From Cercozoa sp. M6MM (Eukaryota; Protista; Endomyxa: Ascetosporea), in NCBI GenBank assembly GCA_040357565.1, contig JBDODJ010000102.1: a stretch of DNA of 40,880 bases; one strand, 5' to 3'. The translations under genes were made by a program, and so were the position numbers. The notes below the pieces were generated by a model. That model was not told the origin of the DNA and ran no database searches. It worked only from the letters and a program-made list of their open reading frames with translations. Positions 23,627 to 40,095 of the stretch are shown piece by piece. Numbering within the stretch: position 1 is the first letter of the stretch; every line of letters starts with the position of its first letter.

Positions 23627-26068
23627 ATGTCAGACACAAGCTCCACCGCCAGTGAGCCGCTTGCCGACGTTGAAAAAGGCCCGAGCTCGCACGATCTCGA
23701 CTTTGGGAATGTTGATATCAAAAAGAAGTCTCCATTGGCGCTACATCGCACACAGAGCGACAGCAGAGGATTGCTGAGCGTAGCGAGAGCGAAACCAAGC
23801 ACTACTGCACTAGTCCGAGCACAAAGTGATCGTGGCTTGGGCTCTAAACTCGAGTCGGTGCCGGAAACTGCTGCATTCAGCGTCGACACCGAGCGAATCG
23901 ACTCCCTCGTCTTTCGGCTTGACGAAGTTGAGCACGTCGAGGCCTGGTTCATGCATTGGCTCATTCTGGCAGTCGGCAGCACGGCAAATCTTGTTGTTTA
24001 CACCGGTACACTGTTTACACGTGCCCTGTCTTTTGAAACCAGAAAGTAACAACTTCAGTTGAGACCGCAACTTGAACAGTTACCGACGTGCCGTCTCTGA
24101 TGAACAGCGAGCTGGATCGTTTCAACTTCAGCGAAGTCACGAAAATGATGTTCAAGGCCTGCGTCTACATGCCAACTATCGTGCTTGGCCCAGTTGGGGG
24201 AGTGCTCTTTGATACGCTCGGTCCACGAAAACTGCTCGCCGCGTGTTTCTTAGTACTAAATTACTTTGATGCAATTCAATATCACGTCCGTGCACAGCTG
24301 GGGAGCGGTAACTTATATTCATGCGCAGTTGGCGGCCGTTGGTCAAGGAACGATCGCTTTCGCAGCACACCTTGGGTGGAGTAGCTCTGCTTGGTTCGCC
24401 GGTCGCTTGCTATTCGGCTGCGGCAGCGAACTCATCGCGATGTGCTTCAATTCGTAAAACGACTCTTTTTTGAACTGATTCGATGTGCAGTGCGTTTAAT
24501 TTTTAGGGTGGTGCAACTTTGGTTCGAGAAGCGCACAAAAACGACCTTTGGCCTCACCTTTGCTTTGGCAATGACCAGATTCACGAAACGCGCAGGGTAA
24601 ACCAGTGTAGATTACGTATTTGTAAGAATACATGTATATAAATTTACATACAAACATACATACAAACATAACATACAAACATACATACATACATACATAC
24701 ACACATACATACATACATACATACATACATACATACATACATACATACATAGCAATTCAGTTTCTTTAATGAAACAGGCAAGCGCTCGGAATGCTCATTT
24801 GCCTTCTCCCAACAGCGTCGGCTGCAATGTGGGCTGCACTGGGTGCCTTGATAGCAGGGGCAGTAGTTGTGCTTCCACTTTTTCTGTTCTTCCCGATATT
24901 GCCTGCGCGAATTCGCCTCCAAAAGGACCGCATCTCGCACAAGGTACACAGCACACTAACTACATTGCGCTCAGATGCTGATTCATCCCAGTTAATTTGT
25001 GACAAATACAGAAAGTAACTGTTTTGACGTTCTTGTCGGCAGCGAAACTGGGTCCTCCCTTTTGGCTTCTTGCCTTGACTTTGGCTGTAGGGTACTCGAC
25101 GTGGTAAGTTTTTGATTGCAACCGGTGAGACTTGATATTTTTACATGCCGGGTATACACGATAGGTACACTTTCGCATACTTCGCCGCGTACATGTTTCG
25201 CGTGCTGATGATGGACAAGCAACTGCTTATGTTCGCATTTGCAATGGTGGCGGCCATCTGCTGCCCCGTCGTTGGTCTGTTCGTGGACAAGGTGTGTTGT
25301 TTCAAACACTTCCTGCGAACACGCGAAGATATCTCTGCTGTGCAGTACACTCAACCGCGCACTATCAAGACTCGTGCCATGGTGCTTACGGGTCTAGCTT
25401 GCGCTGCGACCTACGCTGTCTTTCTTCTGTTGCTACCGACGCTACAAGAGAAACACTGGGCGTTGTGGTTGATCGGACTCGTGGTTCTGAGTCCTGCGTA
25501 CGGCTTGGTTTCCGTGTACACGTGGCCTGCCCTCGCAGGTACTTTCGGTGGTGTTGGCTATAAGTCTATTAAAAATACACTTGAGTGGTTGCAGTGCTGG
25601 TGCCTAGTGAGCTGACCGGGGCGGCAACGGGCATCGTCGTCGCTCTCAAAAACATATGCGCCTCGGTTATCTTTCCGCCGATTATCGTGTCGCTCTTTCT
25701 TCACTACGTGGGTACTAACACAGAGCAGTGCTCAGACCAACGTTTTTAACGAGTAATCCTCTCTTATAGGAGGAGAAACGAGTCCTTTCATTGCCGACGC
25801 ACACCGAAAGGACTTTCAGTTCAAGTCGCTGCCGAAAACGACGCAAGCGTCTGCGATGAAAGCAGTTCGAGCTGGCTTGCTAATGCTCGTCTTCATGGGA
25901 CTTATTTTCGCCACAGCAGCAGCTGCATTGCATGCAATACAGCGTCGACGCAAGGAGAGCATGCCCGCTGCCGAAAAGACGCATGCCCAACTGCGGACTC
26001 GATTCGCTTCTCGTTATCCCACTGAACCGAAGGCAGTTTTGCCGTTTCTTCGCGATATTGTCTCTTGA
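23627..26068 (+). CDS. Major facilitator superfamily transporter, MFSD1-like (multi-exon)
   Basis: Multiple TM exons. VYMPTIVLGPVGGVLFDTLGPRK (motif A region) and GRLLFGCGSE...VQLWF resemble MFSD1. Confidence 0.8.
24645..24751. repeat. (TACA)n tetranucleotide microsatellite in an MFS intron
   Basis: Directly visible. Confidence 0.97.
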
Positions 26069-26271
26069 CAGAACACATCCCACACATCACCAATGTTTGT
26101 TTATTCTACCCTCGAGGCCTCGACCGAGGTTCTGTTTATATAAATATAAGTTTAAACTTAATTAACAGTTTTCGGCTAAAAATCTTTGCAACGAACAAGG
26201 GTGTTCAGTTCCAGAAAAGCAATCAAATCGGAGCTGTCTCATTGTAGCGTACTTTTCTTGGCACACTGACA

Positions 26272-28324
26272 ATGGGAACTGTGAGCTCACAGTCCCAGAC
26301 GGTGACTTCGCATCTCATTGACAAGCGGCTTGAACAAATGCACGAAGTAAGCTCAGTTGTTCAATTTTTGATTTTGCTTCAGTTGTGTTGAACTTGCGAT
26401 TGCTGATATCATTTGCTGTAGGCGGAAATTGAGAAGAAGAAGTTGTTGTTGCTTGGGGCGGGAGAGTCAGGCAAATCCACAGTGATAAGGCAGATGGTGC
26501 AACTGCACGGATTGGGGTTCTCCGAAAGAGACCGGGCGAAGTTTCGAACTATCATACTCAACAATGTCGTTGAAGGCGTCGCTGGCCTTGGTTTCGGCTT
26601 TTTCGACTCAGCTCGCTGACTTTGCCTCCTATTGATAGCATAAATTGTAATTTATAGTCAAGAAAGCAGAGCAACTTTACCAGGACACGCGAAACGAGGA
26701 ATATGTGATTCGGGACGTTGACGCCCAAAACTACGTGAGCCAGCTCGCTTCGGTTCGTTTGATACCTATAGTTTACTCACTGTTGCCGGAAAAAAAAGCA
26801 CTTCAGTTGTTGTTGTTGAGACAGAAAGGTCCGGTGATGTCGTGGCCACTTGACAACCAAAGTGTGGATATACTGCGTCGGATTTGGGAATGCGAGGGCG
26901 CGAGGAATGTTTGGGAAAACAAGAGAATAGGTGCGCGCCACATTCACATTCTCGACTCCGTAAGTTTTTGCCCAGAGAGCATTGCGACGCTGTTGCTCTA
27001 ACTGTTTACTGCTGTAGCTTTCGTACTTTATGGAACGGGAGAACTTCGACCGCATTTTTGCTTCCGTCGGAGAGTACATTCCCTCCTTCCAAGACATTCT
27101 TCGCATGCGCTCGAGGTACAGAAGGTTTGAACGCAATACGGTAAGTGGCTTCCGTCAGTTTGACTTTAGTTTTGTTTACTTAGGACTCTGGGCATTGGTG
27201 AGTTTTACCGTGAAAGGAAAACTGTTAACTAAACTGGACATGTGCCTCGCAATAACTGCAGTTGAGCACGAGTTGATAATACACCCGAAACAAGCAAGAA
27301 AGCCCTTGATGCTAGACATTATTGACGTTGGAGGCCAGAAAAACGAGCGACGAGTACGCCCCGTTGCTTTCAACCGATCCCCAATTCACTTTGCTGCTTG
27401 TAATAAATTTTATTAAAATTTAAATTTATGTTTAATAGAAATGGATCCACGCGTTCGACTGCACGGACGCAATCTTGTGGTACCACGATCTATCGTTCTA
27501 AATTTACTCTCTACATTCAGTTATGCTTACTTCCGTTCAGGGTTGCGTCACTTGTGTCCTACACGGAAGATATGTTCGAAACCCCTGGTAGAACGTCAGC
27601 ACTCTTCTTGCGATTAAGTTGATAATCCCTGGTAGGTGTGAATCGATTCGACGACGAACTCGCGCTGTTCACTTCAATTTGTACATTTAACTGTTGACCT
27701 CTCAGTGACACACGGTAGAATGTCTGCTTTGCGCCGATCGGTAGTTCAATACGAATGCTTCAAGTCGACGCCGTGCATTTTGGTAAATAACACGAAACTT
27801 GGCATCTTTTATAGAGTAACGCGACTCGGGAAATGCAGTTCTTGAACAAAGTGGATCTGTTCGATAAGATCTATGCCAAACATCCGGTTTCGGTGTATGC
27901 TTGCGCTCTCAAAACCTGCGGAATGGCTCTATTTTTGTGGAACTTTTGTTAAATAAATAAACAGACTCTACCCTGATTTCAAGGGCAAAGACAAAAGCCG
28001 AAGCGACGTGCTAAAGTTCTTTCGGAAGAGCTTCGTGACAGCCTTCAAAAACGCTCACAGGTCCCACGAATACGGAGTTCAATCGGCACCAGGTGTAAGT
28101 GTGCTCCACCATCCATCGATCCACTGTGAGTTTATCTGCGTGTTGTCTGCAGTTGTACGTGCACATCGTCTCTGCTCTGGTAGGTTTAATTTCCTCCTCA
28201 TGAAATCACGTGTTCTTGTCTAACAACTGCTACGAAGGACACGAAAAACACGGCGCGCGCCGTCAGGAGTATCCACGACATCATCATTGAATCGTCAATT
28301 CGCTCCTCATTTTTTTCAGAGTGA
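26272..28324 (+). CDS. Heterotrimeric G-protein alpha subunit (15 exons)
   Basis: Fully spliceable in frame: MGTVSS (myristoylation), LLLLGAGESGKST, ILRMRSRTLGI, IIDVGGQKNERRKWIHAF, FLNKVDLF, HIVSALDT; TGA at 28322-28324. Confidence 0.95.
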
Positions 28325-28676
28325 CCGAACTCAAAACAAAACTCTAATACAAAACAGGCACGTACGCTGCAGCGTATGGTGTCGCTGGCAGTTGTAGATT
28401 TCAGATTTCTTCAAAATGTACTGCAAAAAGGCAAGCAATCGCCCAACGAAGTGCGAACTCCCAGCTGACGATTCTGTGGCGATCCTCGACCGAGCTGCTC
28501 CACACAAAAACACATCAGAACGGCCAGTGACCGTTCCAGTGTGTGCAGGCCTGTACTTGGACAGTTTGGACGCAGCAGCGCTGGGCGGTGTTCTTAGTAT
28601 TCTTGTTTTTGGCGAAACGAGCGGTCTGGTGAAAATACGACATTCAGTTTCGTTTGCGGATCGGAAAAGCGCGGGA

Positions 28677-30254
28677 ATGCCGCCATTGCACGCAGTGCGC
28701 AGCCAACGAGAAGAGGAAAAACTAGATCACGTAAGCTTTGTTGCAGTCAAATTGTTGCTGGTGTGAAACTGGATACGTTTCTGCAGGTGTTGAATGGGCC
28801 GCCACGACGACCAAAGCGTCGGAGGCGCGTCGGCGTTGGTCACGACGATGGCCGCAGTCGACAGGAGGTGCTACGTTCACTGATGACGCCTCCTGTTGGT
28901 ACCATCGAGTGTAGTGTTTCTCCTCTTTGTCCCCCTGTACCTGTACCCTTACACTCCCTTGTGTGTAGTAAATCGGCCGACATGTCTCGCAGTCTACGAG
29001 ACAGAGTGTGGCACATCTCCAGGCGTGCGGATACTCTCCTCTTTCGTCCGGTACCCTGAGTCTTTTGCGGTACAGAGTGCACACTGGACTTGTGTGTACG
29101 TAGGTGTGCCTACATGCCATCACAAGCAGTCGTGTTTGTACGTGCGTCGCCGGGCTTTCGACTGCCGTGCATTGTGGACACACCAGGCGCTGCCGTTTTG
29201 TACGCCACTCTTGTTTCTTAAGCTGTGTGTCTGTCTGTCCATATGAACCGTATTAACTGTACTGAAACATGTAGAATGGGCGATGCTCGCACTTCGATAG
29301 TGCTGCACGATATTGGCGCTGCCATGCGATATCTTGTATGCTTTGTCCACTGGGAGGGGGTAGAGGGGGCATGGGGGTAAAGCATTTGAGTACTCTTGCA
29401 GTCACGACACTACGCGACGACTTTGTGGCCAGCACCCGGCAACCTCGGTCGTGGTGTCGATCTACACACAGTACCTGTCCTACTGCTAGACAACATGTGT
29501 TGCTTACCCCCTCTCCCATCCCTAGGAAGTAGACAGTCTGGTCGGCGATGTTCTCGGCGTGTTGTGTCTTAAAGAGACTGCGCAAAAAGAAGAGGACGTG
29601 CGACTCTTACTTGAGGTGTCTTCTGACTTCTTTACCCTTTTTACTGGTTTTTACCCCCTATGATAGAACATATTTTCCAACACGCGGTACCTACGCGAGG
29701 GTTCGCTGTTCCTATTGGGAAGTCTCACGGCGGCCGATCTGTGTCTGTACGCACTGCTGCAGCAGCGTATGTTTCAAGGCATGCCGCCACTCGTGCTGAG
29801 TACGTCGGTACAGGAGAGGATGGCCAAGTGGTTTACCTGCGTTGGTCAAGTACCTGGAGTTGCTACTGCCCATGTACTTTTTGCCTTCCTGCTCCCTCCT
29901 GCTCCTAGCCCACCTACCCATTCACGATCCTTTCTTGACGTAGCACGCATTGAACGCGACGATCAAGGCAAAACACAAGCGAAACGAGGCGCAGCAGTCG
30001 CCGAAAGCGCCGTCGTCAGAACAAAACGCCGCCGAGCAGCCGGATTTCATCAGCGAACTCGGCTTTGGCGGCGATGCTCTCTGCTCGGGTCTTGATGGAC
30101 TGGTACATTGGTTTTTGGGCAATTTCTGTCTTATGCTTGCTGACAGGATGGCGCTCTGTGTGAGGGCATGTCGCCGCTGCTGACCGACTTTAACCTGTCG
30201 GCCACGGACGTCATGGACCTGCCGTCCTTCACGTCCCTCGAACTGCCGCCGTGA
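28677..30254 (+). CDS. GST-fold protein, probably non-catalytic (AIMP2/AIMP3/EF1-gamma-like) with basic N-terminus and acidic tail
   Basis: Spliced LHDIGAAMRYLSRHY (GST_N end helix) and FLLGSLTAADLCLYALLQ...MAKWF (GST_C N-cap motif); PRRPKRRRR near the N-terminus. Confidence 0.65.
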
Positions 30255-30519
30255 TCTATCAGATCGCATCGCATGTTTCGGTTGTTTCGTCGCTTTAGTT
30301 AGACTTGACCCCTAGACTACTCAATCAACGCAAATACTCAATTGCCCGGCTAAGCAATCGCTGGACGCCAACCAGGACTGAGACGAGTCTGCTGCAGGGC
30401 GAACGTTGACGCGAAGGGAGTGCGCGTGGACGTGTAGTGAACTACCTCGCACCCCAATGACGCACGTTTGACGGCTTCGTGTCCAAGCTTCAACGTTCTT
30501 AGAAGACTGAACTAACTAA

Positions 30520-30746
30520 CTATGACTTGCTATCATACGATTTAATATACGCAGCCGACGAGCACGGACGCACCTTGCTCTTATCGATCTTGGCACACAC
30601 CGTCGCGCTGTCGCTGAAGTCGCAAGCGGCCTTGTTGAGTTTCTTTTCAACCTTGAGCTGCAACCGTGCCGCCGCGAGCGACTTGTCGACAATGTAGCAG
30701 CCTTTCGGTACGAGTAAACCGTACTGCTGTTTGTAGTCTGCCAAGG

Positions 30747-30791
<45 letters not shown>

Positions 30792-31312
30792 CTACAGCCG
30801 CAGCCAGCAGCTAGAAGAACGTCATGGTACCGTACTCATAGCGACCCGCCTCCTGGAAAAAGTCTGCGCACAACGCTCATCCAGTCCAATTTGCCAGGTT
30901 CTATATGCACAGCCTAACAAAAACACGGCCAGGGTACCAGCGCGTCGGCCCTTGGCTTCGACCTCGAGGCACACGTGCTGCAGGTCGAGGGAGTCGGGAA
31001 TTTCAAAGTCGTCAGGGTTCACAGCGCACTTGTGATCACAGTTGTCCTTCTTCTCCATGCGCTCGAAGCCGGAGAGACCCTCGAGCTTGCACTTCTTCTC
31101 GACGCAGCAGTCAAATGCAGCCGAGTAGTCCAGAGAAGCCTGGACGCACTCGGCGTCCTCATAACACGCTCTGTATCGTTCCTCGCAGTTAACTTTCTCA
31201 CTCGCGATGACGACAGTCAGCAGCAACAACAAAAACAACAACACGACGGACTCCCGCGAAAACAGAAAAGGCAGCAAGACAGCGACTGTACCGCCAGTAG
31301 GAGGAACTTCAT
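30520..31312 (-). CDS. Secreted Cys-rich protein, paralog A (3' end uncertain)
   Basis: MKFLLLA + hydrophobic signal; clearly homologous to paralog B (CAVNPDDFxIP, EAKGRRA, LVPKGCYIxDK, PCSSAA). Confidence 0.8.
30751..30789. repeat. (AT)n microsatellite in a paralog A intron
   Basis: Directly visible. Confidence 0.97.
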
Positions 31313-31916
31313 GGTTTCCGACAGGTGGCGGTTGCTTGACAAAGGAGCAACACACAAGCCGACTACAACTCGAATGTCATACAAGTACAGTAGTGGCAGA
31401 GTCCGAGACTGTTGGTCATTTTAAGTGAAGGGAATCATCTGACTGGTCTAAGCTGAGTCTACGAGTGTACAGTACCCACTTGATGAGACGGAGACCTTCT
31501 CCAATGCAAGACAGAAAGTCAGTACAGTATCGATACAGCAAATTTACGAGTATTGCAGTACTGTAGTAGTACAGTCGGGCGAAGCCTTGATAGCCATACA
31601 GACCCGCATACCAAAGCTTAGCGTACAATTACTGCAGTGTCGATATCAATTTCTGTCTTGCAGATCATAGTCAGTCTACAGATTTCTTAGTTACTAAATG
31701 AAATTTAGAGCTCACTCCGCTTAGATTTCTTAGTGTACTATCCACTGCACGATTTATTGGGACTGGGTTTGCGTTTACGTAGCACGGCAAAAGACTTATT
31801 TACCGGTAGTATCGTGTCCATCGATGGTGTATTTGAAGGGATAAAGTCGGTCTATCTTACAGGTAAGTTACATACACTACCGGAGAGGCACGCACGCACA
31901 GTCACCAGCGGGAGGT

Positions 31917-32722
31917 TTAGTTCAGGGCCAGGACAGCGGCGACGCCGAAGGCGAACGTGGCCGACACCGACGCAGCCGACGAGCACGGGCTGATCTTGCT
32001 CTTCTTGATCTCGGCGCACACCGTCTTGCTGTCGTTGATGTCGCAGACAGCATCGTTGTACTTCTTCTCCGCATCCAAGATGAGCTGTTGGGCGGCAAAG
32101 GCCTTGTCGATGATGTAGCAGCCCTTCGGGACGAGCGAACCAGACTGCTCAAAAATAAAAAGATATGTGTGCGAGAGAAGGAGACAAATCTGTTTCGGAT
32201 AATTGAACACACCTGCTGCTTGGCCTCGTACTCGTACTGGCCCTCGACTTCATCGTCTGCCATGTCATATAAGTCATAATAGACGAGTTTTTATCTCGAC
32301 AGGAGTCATGTCTTACCAGCGCGGCGACCCTTGGCCTCGCTCTCGCGGCAGCTGTGCTGCAGGTCGACACCCGACGGGATCTTGAAGTCGTCCGGGTTCA
32401 CGGCGCACTCGTAGTCGCAGTTGGCGCGCTTCTTGGCGCGCTCGTTGCCCACGAGGCCCTCGAGCTTGCAGGCGTTCTCGATGCAGCGGTCCACGGCGTC
32501 GTCGTAGTCCACCAGAGCCTTGGCGCAGTCAGCGTCCTCGCGGCACGCCTCCATGCGCTTCTCACAGTTGTCACCCTTCATGACATCGTACTGCGCCTGC
32601 ACGGCGGCAACGAGAGCGAGGGCCTACAGACAGCACACAACATTTCCCGACGCGGACGCAGCAAACAACAAATAGGCTCAATGTGCTGCCATCTCGATGT
32701 GCGGCCATACCAGGAACTTCAT
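31917..32722 (-). CDS. Secreted, probably GPI-anchored Cys-rich surface protein, paralog B (4 exons)
   Basis: MKFLALALVAAVQA signal peptide, 12 Cys, C-terminal SSAASVSATFAFGVAAVLALN GPI-like signal; strongly GC3-biased codons. Confidence 0.85.
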
Positions 32723-33121
32723 GGTGCTTAGAGATGTGGGGTGATGAACGAAAACAACAAAACAAGTGCTTGGTGTTACAAAGGAGTAGGAGTCTGAGTC
32801 AGAGCGAGCGAGGGTGGAAAGGGGGAACTACCCGTTTATTCTCAGCCGCACTGAGTGATCGCACCTGATCGGAAACAACTGAGCACGTGGCCGTTTTCCG
32901 GATGGAGTTTTAGAGCACACCACTAGTCACCCAGTCCTTTCGAGAGAAGAAGACGCCTTAAGATCCAGAGCACTAACCAGCTGCCTTTAGTTGACTCAAA
33001 AGACACCGTGAATTAGTCTCTAGTTAGCTAGATTTGATCATACATTCACTCGTGCACTCGTGCTGTCGGAGTTCTCACAAGGCAAATACCAACAGTTCCG
33101 TTCAGTTCAAACTTCAGTGTT

Positions 33122-38091
<4,970 letters not shown>

Positions 38092-38678
38092 CTTCCACCT
38101 CCTGCTCAAATGAAAAGTTCAACTCAAAGGCAGCGTGCGTGCCCCAAACTGAATTTTCGGGACTAGCCAGTTTTGGGCCGTTCAATGTACCTCGCTGAAT
38201 AGACGCGAAACGAACCACAACAGTGACGTAGAAGTGCGAGCAGGCGTCACGCGCGTCCCAAACCTGCCCAAGACGCGAGATCGAAGGTTTCAGAAGACGA
38301 CGACGACTTCGGCGTTCTGCCTATAAATTGCCGGGAACTTCGTGCAGAACTGTCGATCCCACTCCCTGACAAAGTAAGGTAGATGTGCGCGTGAGAAGTA
38401 CACCTTTCTTGCGCGTCAATCGTCGTGAATGAGGTCAACCACACCATCATCTTGATTGGCTCCGCGTGATGTGTCCAGAGCCCATAGCCCCAGCTCCTGG
38501 CTCACCAACGCAGCAGGAGGATCTGGGCTTGCTTCACTGCAACACAGGTAGCGCACGTTGCGTGTTCTAGAAAGCACAACGCTTCTGGGCCAGAAAAGCT
38601 TCAGGTAGACTGGATTGCTGTTCATTGTCCTTTTGGCTGTGATTGGAAATAACGCACGTGCTGAGTTCAGACGCAGAA

Positions 38679-39708
38679 ATGACCACGGTGACTACGCACC
38701 ATCGCCGCATGGTTTCGGCCTTCGAGCGAGTGACCTTTGAAGGTATAGCTAAGCTTGCACAAGAACTGGCTTGTTCGCATGTGTCAAAAATCTAGGAATC
38801 TGGGAACTCGCTCCTGCCGACAGCGAAGATTTGACTCCTCTGCTTAAGGTACGCATTTTAGAGCTGCCTGACTGTCTGAAAATGGGTGCATACAGGCTAA
38901 ACGTGTCAAGTTGACGCGACGACTTGGCTTTAAAGGAACGCAAAAACTGACAATCCGCGACGTCCGCGCGGAAGACAAGGTCAGCATTGACTTTGCAAAG
39001 CCTCAGAGATCATTTCTCGTGATTTTTCTTCTGTCTTTTTAGGATGACACTCTGCAGTTCGTGTTCAAAGCAATTCGCAGTGCACAGGACACTTTGCGGG
39101 TCACCGGGTGCGTCTGGTTTCCTTTTTTGTGCCTTGGTGAAAGGAGGAAAGTCGGTTGATTTTGGCGCAGCGAGGAGCAGCTGATGAACCACTTCTACTT
39201 TGGTGACTGCGTGGCGTGTCTGACTTATCTGCAGAGCGATCAGCGTCTGCGTATCAAGATGTGTGAACTCGTGGACGGTGACTCGGAGAAGAAGCGCAAG
39301 GGCGTGCTCTACATGACGATGTCGCTGCAAGACAGTTCGACCACTCTCGTGGTCGAGTACGTCTTCAATCCCAACGAGCAGGTACGAAATACTCATTTTG
39401 TAGCAGTAATAAGCACGCGTGTACATGCTGCAACTTGAACAGTGGGCCAAGTCACCGCTGCCGTCACCGCCGACGATGGAAGCTCGACTCGCCGCTGCTG
39501 CTTCGGTACATTGTTTGGCTGTGCGTTTTTTGCTGTGTTGCTCTTGAAAGTGCTTCTGTAGGGCGCCGATGCACCGGACGAGCACGAGATTCCCAGCGAT
39601 CCTGCTGCCGTGACTTGCAGGTGCATTGCCTTGACACATCTCTTTTGTCGAGTATGTGTCATTCACTATAGACAACAATGGCTGCTTGTGGGACGTGAGT
39701 GGGACTGA
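38679..39708 (+). CDS. Fatty-acid-binding-protein-like calycin (7 exons)
   Basis: Spliced FEGIWELAPADSEDLTPLLKAKRVKLTRRLG matches the iLBP start (FxGxW...SENF..YLKALGV...R). Beta-rich core; final strand VTCRQQW (cf. VTCTRVY). Confidence 0.65.
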
Positions 39709-39742
39709 CTGAACACCGGCAAAACTACTAAACAAAAACTTT

Positions 39743-39871
39743 GTGATTGACTTCTTGGGCGTGATTGACTCGTGATTGACTTGTGATTAACTGACTTACT
39801 TTTTAAACCCTTTTTTCGTTATGGCAACGACGTAGGTGGTACAAAAAATCTGAGATACAAAAAATCTGAGA
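39743..39871. repeat. GTGATTRAC x4 and a 16-bp tandem (TACAAAAAATCTGAGA) x2 in the 3'UTR/intergenic region
   Basis: Copies at 39743, 39761, 39772, 39783; 16-mers at 39840 and 39856. Confidence 0.85.
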
Positions 39872-40095
39872 TCTCCCGAGCGAGAGAAAAACTTGGACTG
39901 CCGGTGTGATCGCCCGCGATATTTTATTAAAAATAACTTAGCAAAGAGCGCGACAGGAACTACTGTTGTTGCCCGCTATATCACGCCGCAACTGTACCAT
40001 AGGTACTCTAATGCTCTTTGCTGAAACCGCTGGTGTCTGTGGTGGACCCAGAAAATGTTGTGCCAAAATGGGGCCCCATTTGCCATTGAGCAGAG

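Noticed and set aside
31380-31900. TACAGTA-rich spacer between the paralogs as a Tc1/mariner-derived MITE
   Set aside because: No matching terminal inverted repeats or target-site duplication found, and no transposase in the window.
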